From Octopus sinensis (Eukaryota), in the NCBI RefSeq assembly GCF_006345805.1, contig NW_021835955.1:1-64000 (forward strand): a stretch of 64,000 bases of DNA, written 5' to 3'. Each line of letters starts with the position of its first letter. The stretch's first letter is position 1. Of the stretch, positions 38,810 to 53,390 are shown piece after piece. The notes under the pieces were generated by a model that did not search any database, was not told the origin of the DNA, and saw nothing but the letters and a program-made list of their open reading frames with translations. Both the position numbers and the translations under genes were made by a program.

Positions 38810-39073
38810 CCCTTTAGCATTTAAAACAGCCATATCTGGCCAAAATACTCTACCTGTTTTATGTAGAAATTTGGCCAGATATAGCCTCTCACACCAACTC
38901 TATAATGTCATTCTAAAAATTAACATCTACCTCATGAAAATCTCAATGTTACAAGATAATGCAAATGTTTGCAATGATTAATTAAAAATAATATGAATAG
39001 GAGTGGCTGTGTGGTAAGTAGCTTACTTATGAACCACATGGTTATGGGTTCAGTCCCACTGTTAAGCCCGTCG

Positions 39074-39112
<39 letters not shown>

Positions 39113-39322
39113 GTTGAATTAAAAAATATGTATATGTATGTATGTGTGTGTGTATGTTTGTGTCTGTGTTTGTCCGCCAACATCGCTTGACAACCGAATA
39201 AGTCCAGGGGTCGATTCACTTGACTAAAGGTGTTGCTCCAGCATGGCCACAGTCAAATGACTGAAACAAGTAAAAGAGTAAACTAGCATTACCTTTGACA
39301 GAATAATCTGAATGCTAAAGGG
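38810..39322. mobile_element. piggyBac-type MITE with nested SINE A (38999-39281)
   Basis: TTAA-CCCTTTAGCATT...AATGCTAAAGGG-TTAA: perfect 12-bp TIR and TTAA TSD. Confidence 0.88.
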
Positions 39323-39654
39323 TTAATATTTCGTAAAATACCAAACCATACTTTCAAATTAAAAGTAACTGTAAAATTGGAAGTTTAACCTTTGAAAGAC
39401 TATATACTCTATAAGTTCCTATTATTTTTTGAATTAATCAAGAATTTCGATGTGTAAAATATTTCACTTCTCCATTCATTTCCTCATGCAGCTGATATTT
39501 TGAACAGGATTTCATAAAAGGTTCTGACATAGAATTAAGATAAAAAGATTTATATCAAAGATTCATATGCAGTTATAGATGGATGGGTATCAAAAATGTT
39601 GATATGTGGGTGAGTGGGAAACACTGTAGAACATGAAGTAACTAGTAGTAGTAG

Positions 39655-39975
39655 GAGCACTCCATCGGTTACGACGATGAGGGTCCCAGCTGATACGATC
39701 AATGGAACAGCTTGCTCGTGGAATTAACGTGCAAGTGGCTGAGCATTCCACAGACACGTGTACCCTTAACGTAGTTCTTGAGGAGATTCAGCATGACACA
39801 GAGTGTGGCAAGGCTGGCCCTTTGAAATACAGGTACAACAAGAAACAGGAAGAAAGAGTGAGAGAAAGTTGTGGTGAAAGAGACAGCAGGGTTCACCACC
39901 ACCCCCTGCAGGAGCCTTGTGAAGCTTTAGGTGTTTTGCTCAATAAACACTCACAATGCCCGGTCTGGGAATCAA
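39655..39975 (-). mobile_element. SINE family B, 5'-truncated
   Basis: Matches 19270-19592. Confidence 0.88.
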
Positions 39976-40152
39976 AACAAACATGAAGTAACTACACTGC
40001 CATGGATAGTCTAGTTCAGTTATACTTTCAACCATTTTTTATTTATTGATCTCTTTCATTACTTTTTCTATTCTGGTGGACCCCATAGCCATTCATGTGT
40101 AAAAACTGGTTTTATAAATGCTCCTTCCAAAATTCCTATTTTGTTTTTCACA

Positions 40153-40505
40153 TAGGAGTGGTTGTGTGGTATGTAGCTTGCTTACGAACTATATGGTTCC
40201 GGGTTCAGTCCCACTGTGTGGTACCTTGGGCAAGTCTCTTCTACTATAGCCTCGGGCTGACCAAAGCTTTGTGAGTGGATTAGGTAAACGGAAACTGAAA
40301 GAAGCCTGTCGTGTATATGTATGTGTGTGTATATGCTTGTGTATCTGTTTGTCTCCCCAACATCGATTGCCAACCGATGCTGGTGTGTTTACGTCCCAAT
40401 AGAATAAGTTCTCTGCTTACAAAGAATAAGTCCTGGGATTGATTTGCTTGACTAAAGGCAGTGCTCCAGCATGGCCACATGAAATGACTGAAACAAGTAA
40501 AGAGT
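40153..40505 (+). mobile_element. SINE family A
   Basis: Colinear with 26987-27396, small deletions. Confidence 0.9.
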
Positions 40506-42403
40506 TTGGTAACTTGTGTAAGTTGTACTATGCAAAACATTTGAGAAAGAAACCTTTTTCCTACAATAAATGCATTTAAAGTAATATATTTTTTCATGGA
40601 CCATTATAATACTGCTGTAGATCCCTAATTTACTATTTCATTTGTGTGGACCCCATAAAGTTTTACACGGATGCTCATGGGTCATATGGACTCCAGTCGA
40701 GAACTACTGGTCTAGTTGAACACACACGCAACTATAACTACCACTTATAATATATAATTGTATTTTCTCCAAGATTGTTATTTTCTAAATTTTTTTCCAA
40801 TAATGCCATAGGAGAAGAACATACTAAAATACCATGTAAGTCATTTTCTCTAATTAGTACTGAATAAAAGCTCTGAATCTGTTTTCTGAAAACATTTTGC
40901 AGACTTAGAAAATTACTTTATTTATCCATTCATTGCTATGATTTACTGTTTGGTTAAGCATCATCTGGTATAGAATAACATAGTTGTTGTTTTCTCATAG
41001 TAAATAAATATTCAATGCTGATGAAACGGGTTAGTATATTGGGTGTTGAAAAAGCAAAACAAAGCAAAAAAAAAAAAAAAAAATTACGAGCAGCAAAAGA
41101 ATACTAGCAAGATACCCTGAGGGAAGAGAGGAATTAGATTATACTCCCTTGGCTGTATTTTTCGAAATCCATCTTCATATTATTGCCATATTCTACAGGA
41201 ATCAGTTTGTTTTATTGATAATTTCTAGATTAATTCTCTCTCTCTCTGCTATCTATCTCAACCTACTCATTACTTTTACTGATGAATATCAGTTTTTATT
41301 CTCACTAGCAAAGCTCAGTCACATAAACTCCAACTCTATTATTATTCCCTCTCTACTGATAGATTGATAACATTCATTATACACAGAGAAAGATTCTTCC
41401 TATTTAAAAAAATAAAAACTAATAAAATAATGAATAATGCGAGTGCTGATTGCTGTATATCTTATTAAGATTTATGTTGAGTGCTGGAGTTGATATTAGC
41501 GTTGTTTTTACTTGTTTTTATTTTTTATCAGTTTTTTTTTTGTTTTTTTTTTTGCAGATGGTGGTGGCAGCATTTTTTGATATAGTGATGGTGGTATCAG
41601 TGATGGCATTTGGTGTTGGTGGGAGGTGTGGTGTTAGTGATAGTGGCTACCATTAAAATCTGTATTCATCTTAGGACACAGAAGTTTCAACCTATTTAGC
41701 CTGTGGAAGATCAATGGTCCATAACATGAAGTCAGACTCCACAAAAACAGATCACAGTGATTAGAGGAATGGCCAAAACAGTAATGAATTCCACCAGTGA
41801 ATCACAGTCTGGACTCAATGGAGATTAGGTTTCTGAAACACAGTGAATGATTACGGCCAGATGGACTAGGGTGAAGTGCCAGAATACTTTAAGAGGAATA
41901 TGAAAGAAAAGACAGATGGATATGGAGATAGATACATAGCTAGAGTCAGTGAGAGAGAGAGAGAGGGGGAGAGAGGGGGGGGAGAGAGGTAGAGAGAGAG
42001 GGGGGGAGAGAGAGAGGGAGGGAGAGAGGGAGAGAGTGAGAGAGAGAGAGATTCAGAATGAGAAGATAAAGATCTATTCTCTTTTTACTAACTTCTACAG
42101 ATATTCTTCTAATACTACCAGCATGATTAGTTGACAGGCAGGCTGATAAGTTGCCACCAGAATTAGATAGCTACCATTGGATATTACTCATATTATAGTA
42201 AAAGCAAAGCAAAAAAAAAAAAAAAAAAAAAAAAAAGAAATAGGAAAGAAAAGAAGACAGAGTCTAAAACGATAAATATATTTGCAACGTTGTTGTATAT
42301 ATCACAACTTGTATGACCTGATAAACATTCGAAAAAGAACTGTAGAAAAATATGCATAATATGCATACATGTGCATATGTGAGTGTATGCATCCATATAT
42401 ATA

Positions 42404-42458
<55 letters not shown>

Positions 42459-42760
42459 GCATACATATATGTATTTATATATGCATGTATGTATGTATGT
42501 ATGTATGTATGTATGTGTGTGTATATGTATGTATGTATCTATGTGTTAATAAATGCATATGCACCAATATGATACTAATATGCTAATATGTAAATATGTC
42601 TCTGCATGTATGCAAGTAACAGCTTAGCCAAACATAGCAAGATAAATGTGCATATGTGCACACACACACACGTGCACATACATTTGTATGCAGATGTGTG
42701 TATGTGAATGTGTGCACGTATGTATATGCGTGTGTATGTGAATATATATATATATTTTTT

Positions 42761-42812
<52 letters not shown>

Positions 42813-43219
42813 CATACACACACATGCACACACTCACACACTGATATTTATATACACATACTTATAATTATATATCCATATGCATACATCATCAGCAATG
42901 GTATTTTAACATTCTATTTTCCATACTGGTATAGATGAGATGGGACTTTTTGAAGCATTGTTTTATTGCCATATGTATTTCCTGATGCCCAACTTTTACA
43001 TGCTGCTTATGAATTGCTAGTTTACAGTGTACTGTAGTTATTCTGAAAATTCAAGTCACATACATTTACATATTTAGAGATATAATACTCAGAGAGAGAA
43101 CTTTTAAAACAGTGGTTCCTAACCAATTCACTACCAAGGGCCCCTTTTATTTAAATGAGTTTTCACACAGACCCCAGGATATTCTTATCCTTATGTGTAT
43201 GTGTATATGTAATTATATA

Positions 43220-43395
43220 TCATCATCATCATCATCCTCATCATTTAAAGTCTGTTGTCCATGCTGGCAAAGGTTGGACAGTTTGATTGGGTTGGCATGT
43301 TGGAAGGCTGTGGCTGGCTCCAGTCAGATTTGGCTTGGTTTTCTATGGCTGGATGACCTTCCTAATGCCAACCACATCTGCTCTTTTTAACGTCC
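43220..43395 (-). mobile_element. Retroposon family D, diverged
   Basis: GGATGACCTTCCTAATGCCAAC and (CAT)n as at 31606-31812. Confidence 0.7.
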
Positions 43396-44180
43396 ATGCA
43401 GGAAAAGAAAGATCGTCACGTGAGGAAAACAAAGATAGACAATGGTCATATGTGAGCAATGAGAGAAAGAGAGAAAACGTGTCCCTCCTTCACTGTTTTC
43501 TATCTGTCTGTTTGTCTGTCTGTCTCTCTCTCTCTGCCACCCATCTCTCTCTCTCTCTCTCTCTCTCCTTGCTCACACATGACCATCGTCCATCTTTCCT
43601 TTCCTCACATGACCGTCTTTCTTTTCCTGCACCAATATTTAAAAGAGCAGAAGTGCTTTTTTCTCTCTCTCTTCTATCATTTCTCTTTTCAAAAATAAAT
43701 GTTTTCCCAACATTCACTATTTTCCTCTCATTCTGGTCCAACAACCCTCTGTGTTTGTTTTCACTTGGTTTCCTTGTATGTCTCAACTGTCATGTTTTGT
43801 TCCCAACTTTGACCCTCCATAAATCCTAAATTTTATTTTAGAATTTATGGGAGCAACTGTCTTTGAAAACTCATATTGTCATTGAATACTTGAAATGAGG
43901 AGTAGATAGACAGCTGACAACAGATGAAGGGTCATTTCTCTGTGTTTATTTGACCTGTTTTCCATTTTTTCTCGTTGTTTACGTATTTAACTCATTTGTT
44001 TACATAATTCATGTTATTTGCACCAATGGTGACGTCTTGCACCCATATATATATATATATCCTTTAATCAACAGAGAGTAGCTCCCAGAGGAAGTTTGTC
44101 TTGAATTATTCTCTTATTGCCTGGAGGACTATGATGAACAAGTGGAAGTTGAGTACCGATCCTTTGTATATATATACAAC

Positions 44181-44516
44181 TTATAAACAAGGGCAAAAGA
44201 AAAATTATTTCCATGCCGATATGCTGATAACAGACTTTAAATCGTCAATTTCCACATTTCATTATACATTTACTATAAATATTTATTTCTTATCGTATTT
44301 TCTACTGAAGAGGGAAGAATTCATAAGATTAATCCCAAAATTGATTCAATATAGAAATAATGAACTTTTTAAAAAAATTCTGTTGGCTAGCTTTCCTTGA
44401 TTTCAGCACGACGTGTATCTATAGTGAGTGTATAATGAAATGTGGAAATTGACGGTTTAAAGTCTGTTATCAGCATATTGGCATGGAAATAATTTTTCTT
44501 TTGCCCTTGTTTATAA
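44181..44516. repeat. 97-bp inverted repeats enclosing a hammerhead motif
   Basis: 44181-44277 vs 44420-44516 inverse, a few mismatches. Confidence 0.92.
44299..44357 (+). ncRNA. Type I hammerhead motif with G12-to-A change
   Basis: TTTCTA-CTGAAGA-GGGA...TCCC-AAAA-TTGATTCAA-TA-TAGAAA; stems I, II and III all pair. Confidence 0.65.
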
Positions 44517-44594
44517 TTTTAACCTTTACAGGTATTTTTATATGCTGCCACTTTTGATGAAATATTTTTCGGGAAAAAAAATTTCATCTTATAT

Positions 44595-44644
<50 letters not shown>

Positions 44645-44932
44645 TATATATATATATATATAAGGTGTATTATGAGAATTTATAGAACAAATATCCTATA
44701 GAAACTCAACAAACTGTTAAAGAATAGAAGAAAAGATGTTAAAAATTTGAAAAGCACACACACACACATTCACATATGTTGAAGAGCGTACGCTTGAAAT
44801 GTAAAAGAACTTGTTCATTTTCCTGAGCATCAAAGTGATACATCTGCTTGTTGTTCATACAACTGTCTTCGTCTTTTGTTTCTCTATAAATTTCAACTAT
44901 GAAATATATATATATATATATCACTTTATATA

Positions 44933-45649
44933 TTTTTTGCTGAACACTAATTATATAAAGTAATGTTTATATTTACCGTAAATGGTCCTTTTACATACTG
45001 AACACTGCTTGGTAAAATTATTAATTACTAATTAATTAATTAATTTTACCCTTATTATTATTGACAATATAATTCTCTTCCTGATAATAAACTACAAATT
45101 CCTCTGTAGGAATTTGTTACTCTATAACTCACGTGGGTGGACAGGGGTAGATGCAGAGCCTCATTCGTATGTTTTGAATTCGTTGGTACTGGATGTCGAG
45201 GGTGGTTTGTCTGAGGTTACTCAAATCAGACGGGTATGTTCGATTTTTAGTGCTCTCAAATTTAAATTTAATGAAATCTTGTGCTGATGATGGGAATGAT
45301 AGAATAGGTATGTATTTCTAGCATCTCTATATCTGACTAACTCAGAAACGTGTTCACAAGTAATCTATTTTTCGAGTGAACTTTCGTTATTTTTCCCTCT
45401 ATGCCTACGTGAATTGTTTTTGAGCATACATTGTCTGGGAGACTCTTTTTATAGTAGTGGAAATAGCTAAATTCTTTGGTTACTATTTCTAAAAGTTCGG
45501 TGTGTGGTAAAGCAATTTTTTTGCTGAACCCTAATTATATAAAGTAATGTTTATATTTACTGTAAATGGTCCTTTTATATACTGAACACTGCTTGGTAAA
45601 ATTATTAATTACTAATTAATTAATTAATTTTACCCTTATTATTATTGAC
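44933..45649 (+). mobile_element. Retrozyme/Penelope pLTR-like unit: 584-bp monomer plus 133-bp terminal repeat
   Basis: Direct repeats 44933-45065 and 45517-45649; (TA)n on both flanks; internal hammerhead. Confidence 0.72.
45278..45360 (+). ncRNA. Type I hammerhead ribozyme motif
   Basis: CTTGTG-CTGATGA-TGGG...CTCA-GAAA-CGTG-TT-CACAAG: perfect core, 6-bp stem I, GUU site. Confidence 0.8.
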
Positions 45650-46744
45650 TATATATATATATAACACATATATAATAAGCAACTACCATTTCATATTGCA
45701 TTGTCTGGATCTACTATTCAGTGGCTTATGGCACTGTCCATGAAGCTGATAAGGCTGATAATCAATTTGATTTTCAATATGAATTTGGAGGTGTGAGTGA
45801 TAATACACTAAAACATGAAAAAATTAGCGAGCAGTTATTTGTTTTTCTATATCCAAGAAGGGCAAGTATGAATACCATAACTGATAGGTATACCATATTG
45901 TGAATATACCATGGCATACGATGTGTAAACCACAGTTTATAGAACAAATTGAAACGAAAATCAGAGTATCTTGTAGGTGAGACCAAGTAGACAGACCAAA
46001 GTACTGTTAGTGAAATTTGTTATATTTAGGATTTTGAAGACATTTATTATTCATTAAGAATTTGGAAACAAAATGTGTCTGATATATGTTTTTTAGCATA
46101 TTTTAAAGATTTATAGAACTCGTACTGAAATCTATTGATGGAAAGACAGATTTCCTTCAAAAGTGAAAGCTTGTTTGTTAAAAATATCTTCACCAGTTAA
46201 TGTTAATTCTTATACTTTCTGTACGAATAAAGAACTGAAGCAATATTGATACAAGGAGCATGTCCATGAGAAGCAATTTAACTAACAAGCTGTAATACAA
46301 CTGTCTAATATCATTCATTTCGCCAGATTCTTATGTGATAACACTGGATCATTCACCAACTGTTTGTGTTAATTTTGTGATCTCACAAAAGAAAACTTCT
46401 GCTTTCCTTGTTTTATTATTAATAATGCTTATGCATAAGAAAATTACATACAATTTTCAAGATGTTCAAATTTTAGCATGGATTATTGAAAACCTTAAGT
46501 TGTCTTTCTTAAAAATCTGTGATGCATATACATACCTGTTATGGCATATCACTGCACTGTAATTTCTTGATTTTCTTATAATGGTAGCAAAATCTCCCCA
46601 AAATATTATCATATTACAAACAAAAAAAAAAAAAAAAAAAAAAACAAGGACAATGTGATCCTTGATATCAAAAAAACAATGAGATATCAAAATTGGATTA
46701 CTCTTGATCATAAATCTGTTTGACCAGAGTTGACCTGGAGTTAA

Positions 46745-46930
46745 CCCTTTAGCATTCAGATTACTCTGTCAAATGCAATACTTATTTATTCCCATTGTTT
46801 TAATTATCACAAATTATTGAGCTTTCAATGATGTGATTGTTTATTTTTAGGATGACATTATAGAGACGTGAGAAGCTAGATCAGGACAGTTTGAACATTT
46901 GGGTTGGAAATGCCAAGTTTAAAAGCTAAA
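46745..46930. mobile_element. piggyBac-type MITE, reverse orientation, one end decayed
   Basis: TTAA-CCCTTTAGCATTCAGATT, inverse of the 39301-39322 end. Confidence 0.7.
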
Positions 46931-47656
46931 CATCAACTCTTCTAGAAACAATGGATTGAAATAATCAGTTTACAGCATCAAGCACAGATTTCTTGTAAAC
47001 TGTCATAAGACATCGAATCTATGTTCCATTTAGACAGTTGAGATGCATCAATTAGAGGGCTGAGATATATTTCTATGTCTTAATACCTACCAAAAATTAA
47101 GATTTATGGTAATTAGGAAATGATTTTATTATTTAATTGAAATAAATGTTAAAGTCTACAGTAGTGTCACAGTCAATGGAAGGAGAAATATAGAAAGGAT
47201 ACTGAATTAATAGTTATTTGTTTGGAAATAACTACGTTGCAGAGCTGGAGAAGAAACTATGCCTTGGCCTTGGGTCCTCAATCTCCAATGATATCAATGG
47301 AGTGCTTTCAGCCAGTCAACATTTAGCATGTGTCAGTTATTTTAGACCTGGCAGAATCATCCTTCTCTAGGTCTTATACTAGAAGCAATTTCTTCCAGAG
47401 AAAATAAAAGCAGAAAGAGAAAGACAAAAACACAACAACAGTGTTGAACTGGTATTTTATTTACTGATCCCAGAAATGACAAAAGGCAAAAATGACATCA
47501 GAGTGATTTGAACCCAAAATGCAGAAAGCTAAATTAAATTGCAAGAAATTCTATCCAACTCTATAATGACTCTGCCAACATGATATCTTTTAGGAGTTGA
47601 TATAGATTGTTGAATAGCCACAATCAGCATTGCTAAAACATACCTATATAATCGTC

Positions 47657-48036
47657 ATGTACTCCATCAGTTATGGTGACAAGGGTTTCAGTTGATCCAA
47701 TCAACGGAACAGCCTGCTCATGAAATTAACATGCAAGTGGCTGAGCATTCCACAGACACGTGTACTCTTAACATAGTTCCCAGAGAGATTCAGCATGACA
47801 CAGAGTGTGTTGAGACTGGTTCTTTGAAATACAGGTACAACAGAAACAGGAAGAAAGAGTGAGAAAAAGTTGTGGTGAAAGAGTACAGTAGGGTTTGCCA
47901 CCACCCCACTGCTGGAGTGTCATGGTGCTTTAGGTGTTTCCACTCAATAAATACCCTCAAAACCCAGTCTGGGAATTGAAACCATGATCCTACAACTGCG
48001 AGTCCACTGCCCTAACCACTGGGTCATTGCACCTCC
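47657..48036 (-). mobile_element. SINE family B, CpG-decayed
   Basis: Colinear with 19270-19649; most CG replaced by TG/CA. Confidence 0.88.
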
Positions 48037-49621
48037 TCTTATATAATACATAGAAGTTGAAATGTTTTGGAACCATAACCAATAAGTCAAACACAATAAG
48101 TCAATGCCTTGTTTCAGGTTTGTCTGTTGTTACATTACACACTCATTCAGAATTTCATTGAGTGGGATGTTGACTGGTGTTCGGAGATATTTTACAACCA
48201 TTTTGTTTAATAGCATGGTTTGCTGTGTCAATAGTAATTGTAGTACAATTTTGTATAATGTGTCATGATGAAAGCAAGACCTAATCTAGCAAAATTCATT
48301 TTCTTTCAACATTATCAAATGAAATGGTTATGATTCTTCACATGATTAAAAAGATTATGGTGTTTGTGGTGGTGGTGGTGCAGATGTTGGTAGTAGTAGG
48401 GATTTTTCTGGTGGTAATGAATACTTGGTATTTCAGAGAAGTGGGGTTTATAGATTTTTTTCCCAACACTTTTTCATTCTTGGCATAATGCATTTTGTGT
48501 AAAGCATAGTATTATCTCGTGAAAATTATTTTTATTTGCCTTTCGTGTATTCATGTTGGTGATTTGTAAAATTCCCAATGCCCTATTAGATTCAGTAAAT
48601 CTAATCACGAAGGATAACTCCATCAATTTATCAAATCATAAAGCAAGATTATTGCTGAACTTTTCTACTGGATATCGCCTTTGTTAAAATAAATAAAATA
48701 ATAAATACAAAAAGAAAAACGAAATAAAGAATTATAAATCAGTGTAAATATATCCACTTCTTTCACTGAGTGGATGTAAAAAAAAAAATATCTTTTCTTT
48801 TTTATTTTTTATTTGCTTCAGAAATATGTAATTTTAGGCAGTGCTACATTTCTTTAGGGAGATATCTATCCCATGCAAATAACTAAGAATTTATGATTCG
48901 AATTTTTATGTGGTTTCTGATTTCAAACTCATGATACACTACATTGCCTTTTTCTGATGCAGACACTAACAAATCACAGATAAGTTCCTGTAAAATGGTT
49001 GTTTTAAATGATGTAAACATGCTTAAATAATTCTTTTAATTTTCTCTCATATATCCAAAACCTTGAGTATAATAAACTAATTCTGAATCTAACAAATTGG
49101 TAATAATTCTAGATCAGTGCAAGCTTTGTAAATGAGCCTACATTTCACCAAATATTGTCTTTTTAGATATTAACACTTGAAAGTTTTAAAAAAAAGAAGA
49201 GGAATTAAATGAAAACAAAACAAAAATATTCTGTTTTCCTAAGAACTTTTAGTATTTTATGAAAGACAAAAAGAAAGTTCTAACTCTGAAGATACAATAT
49301 TGATGCTCATTCTTTAATATTTGCCAAGCTAAGGTGGGGAGCTGATAGAATCATTAGCATGTTGGGTGAAATGCTTAACGGCATTTCATCCATCTTTACA
49401 TTCAGAGTTCAAATTTTGCTGAGGTGCCATGCAGTAGGTTTGAACCCAGAACCATATAGTTGGGAAACCAGCTTCTTACCACACAGCCACGTCTCTGCCT
49501 ATCCATCGATGCAATGAGTTCAAATCCACCTATTATTGACTTAGTTTTTACTTTTCGTGCGTGTCAATAAAATAAGAACAAGTGGTGGGGTTGATTTATT
49601 TCACAGCATCAACCTCACTAC

Positions 49622-49790
49622 AATACTGGAGCACTGCCTTTAGTCGAGCAAATCGACCCCAGGATTTATTCTTTGTAAGCCTAGTACTTATTCTATCAGT
49701 CTCTTTTGCTGAACTGCTAAGTTACCGGGATGTAAACACACCAGCATCGGTTGTCAAGCAATGTTGGAGGGACAAACATAACATACTACA

Positions 49791-49843
<53 letters not shown>

Positions 49844-50170
49844 CTTACTTGGAAGTGAATGCATGGCATTCGATCATCTAATAACTAAATAATATATAAA
49901 CATATGCATATACACCTACATATAGTACATACCTACATCTATATATGCATATATGGGTACAGTACACCAAAAAAAAGTTGAATACAATGAGAGACGAAAA
50001 CATACGATGGGCTTCTTTCAGTTTCCATCTACTAAATCCACTCACAAGGCTTTGGTCAGCCTGAGGCTATAGTAGAAGACACTTGCCCAAAGTGCCACGC
50101 AGTGGGACTAAATCCGGAACCATGTGGTTGGTAAGCAAGCTACTTTCCACATAGCCACTCCTGCGCCTAT
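49622..50170 (-). mobile_element. SINE family A interrupted in its central microsatellite
   Basis: Tail part 49622-49780, head part 50003-50170. Confidence 0.8.
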
Positions 50171-51413
50171 ATAATTTACTATTATTAGAATGGAGTTTCT
50201 ATCCCTTAGAGAATTTTTCCCCTTTAAGGCTTATTTTGACATCTTACTAAATCAATAAAATTCTTCCTCCATCATGTTAGTTTTAATTTTCAGAATTTTA
50301 TTGTTAAGGCTTAGCCACAGGTCATCTGTAAATGAGCAGACTTATAATAGAAATTCCTCCTTTTAGGGGTATGTCAGACTACTTCTGTCGATATGTCGTT
50401 TCTTTTTCAAGTCAACTTGCAAAATATCTTAGAGGAACATTAGTCACCTTAAAGTCAGCAGCTTCAGAGAGCCTCTGAAAGCTATAGATACAGTCCTTAT
50501 CTTCTGACCAAACTAATAAAAATAAGTGTGCTATCATAGACTAAATCAAGTTTGATACTTGATTCTTTCAGCTAAACAACTGAACAGAGGAGTTTTATCC
50601 AATCTTATGGAGCAACTGTAATAAATATGTGTCTGTTTACTGTTTATCCAGTGAATTAATCAGATGAAAACCCACATGATTCAGATGAACTGATTCTTCA
50701 ATCAAATAAACACTCACGAATGAATATATGAAATCATAGATTTTCCTTAAATACTGGTAGATTGCAATATCAGGTACAATTATAAGAATTCTTCATTATT
50801 TTAGTGATGCAGACATGAAATTGAAAATGAGAAGCTTCACAGCTAGAATCAGGATAAATAGAGCAGGAATTATCCAATTACATCTGTCACTATTCATAAA
50901 TGGGTTGGAAAACTTAAGCAAACAAAAGACTAGCTTTTTTTATCTAACACTAAGCATAGATAATTTCACTCGACAAACATTTATGATAAACAAACTGTAA
51001 AAGATGAACTGACTTCCTTCAATAACCAATGATAGAATCTTTTAGATTTCTTTCGTAATTGTCTGACATTTCCTGACAGTTTCAATATGATTATTTCTCT
51101 CATTGAGAATATTGCCAATAATAATGAAATAAAGCCCCCAACTGATCATCTTTATCCAAAGTCAGAGAAATTCATCCTTTCAATGTAATTCAATATTTTC
51201 TAGTCTGAAATTTGAAGTCTAAAATGTCTAACTCCCAAAGCTGGAAGACGATGTTATAAATTATTAATTTTTTGAAACAACTTCATAGAAATAAATTTTT
51301 AATTTTTAACATTTTCTCTATCTTTTATCTTTCATTTTTTTTTTATCTTTGTCCTTAATTTATTGTTTCAGTCATTAGACTGCAGCCATGCTGGGACACT
51401 ACCATGAAGAATT

Positions 51414-51658
51414 GTGGGTAAGTAGCTTGCTTACCAACCACATGGTCCTGGGCTCAGTCCCACTGCATGGCACCATGGACGTCTTCTACTATAGCCTCGG
51501 CCGACCAAAGCCTTGTGAGTGGATTTGGTAGATGGAAACTGAAAGAAGCCCGTCGTATATATGTGCGTATATATATATATATATATGTATGTATGTGTGT
51601 GTATATGTTTGTGTGTGTTGTCCCCCCAACATCGTTTGACAACCGATGCTGGTGTGTG
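51414..51658 (+). mobile_element. SINE family A, partial
   Basis: Matches 27001-27232. Confidence 0.85.
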
Positions 51659-51659
51659 T

Positions 51660-52430
51660 CTTCCTTGACTTTTTTTGAGAGGTGATTTAGCATGTCCAAG
51701 TCATCTCTGATATTGCTATTGATGGTTTAAGGAAGGGTTTTCAATAGGATGTCCATAAATAGACTTAGCTTGTGTGTTTCACAGGCTGGGCCAGCTATAA
51801 TGGCTCACAATTTTAGGTTTGGTGTATGCATATATGTCATTGGTGATTTTTTATGGTTTCATTTATAATCTGGCTTTTGTGGATTTTTGGTAGACCATAC
51901 ATAAGTTTAGGTTTGCGTTTAAAATTTGTTGAATAGTTGATTTCTTTTGTTGTTAGTTCTTTTCCATGAATTTTAATTAGTGAGGATGGGGTTTTCATTA
52001 TTTTTTGGTGGTGCTCTCATTCAGCATAGAGATTACTAGATTTTTTATAGTATAATGTGTCCATTATTACTACTGCACTTCCTTTATTTGCTTCCTTAAT
52101 TGTTATATCTTCATTATTTTGAAGTTCTGTTAGTTCCTTCCATTGTGTAGTGCTAAAGTTTGAGATAATTGTCTGTTTATGCATGGTGAGGCAGGGGAAG
52201 TTCTCAATGTGGTTGCAAAATTCATCAAGATTTTTATTTCTTCCTTTATGGAGGATGTGTTCCCCTTTGTTTTTGACTAGTGAGTTATCTTCAGTATTGT
52301 AACTGGTTAATGCTTCTGTGAGTTTAATTTTCTACAGAATTCTATTATACCGGCCTTCACTTCATTTTGGTGGTTCTTCGTGGTGTGGGGGTGAATTTTA
52401 ACCCTTTTCAGAGGATGTCTATCTTTGTGC
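51660..52430 (-). mobile_element. Penelope-like element reverse transcriptase N-terminal remnant
   Basis: KGLKFTPTP, EFCRKL, ITIKEANKGSAVVIMD, MYGLPKIHK, IIAGPACETHKLS in order: characteristic PLE motifs. Confidence 0.9.
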
Positions 52431-52666
52431 TTGTACATCACACCAAAGCAAAGAGATAACACAATATTGGTCAAGAAATTGAGAAATTTTAAAAGAAAAA
52501 AACGAAAAAGTTATTTCTCTCCTCCAAACAATGTCACTATACACAACATTTTATCATATTTTCCTAATATGATAATTTTAATAGACTATGTAACCATATA
52601 ATACAGTCTTCTGTAGGTTTTTCATTCTATTTTGTTTTATATTGTATATATATGATATTATATATA

Positions 52667-52706
<40 letters not shown>

Positions 52707-52841
52707 CATGCACTTTATATTTATATACACATATTTATGTTATATTATATATATATATTATATATTATATATTACATACATATTTTTTATATACATATAA
52801 TTCTATTATATATATATAAAATATAATAAATATATAAATAA

Positions 52842-52874
<33 letters not shown>

Positions 52875-53352
52875 TATATACATATATCTATCATATATAT
52901 ATAACTATAATAGCATATATATATATACATACATACATACATACATACATACAACATATATCATATACATATAATAAACTTAGATAAAACTTAGATATGT
53001 TTAACCATAGATTGGACCAGGCTAAGTCTAACTAATACCACGTTTTTGACTCCTATTTCTAGCAATGCTGGTACTATCTCTGTACCCTTCATCATAATTT
53101 AATATAATATAAATTAAATTAGATTTACCTCTACAGTTATTTCATGCATGCTAGCCACTGATATCATTATTATTTAATAATAATATCTTTATATATATAG
53201 CATATGAAAGACAGAAGATGTGTACAAGAATTTATTATTAATCACGACATGTATGTATTATAGTGTAGTTATATACACATATACTATATACATATATATA
53301 TCATATACATATATATATTATATATAATATTAATATATATCATATACATACA

Positions 53353-53390
<38 letters not shown>

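Noticed and set aside
41018-41030. CTGATGAAACG
   Set aside because: No stem II between the core halves; chance match or collapsed relic.
45722-45792. Possible exon (AYGTVHEADKADNQFDFQYEFGG) with GTGAGT donor
   Set aside because: Weak polypyrimidine tract and no recognisable homology.
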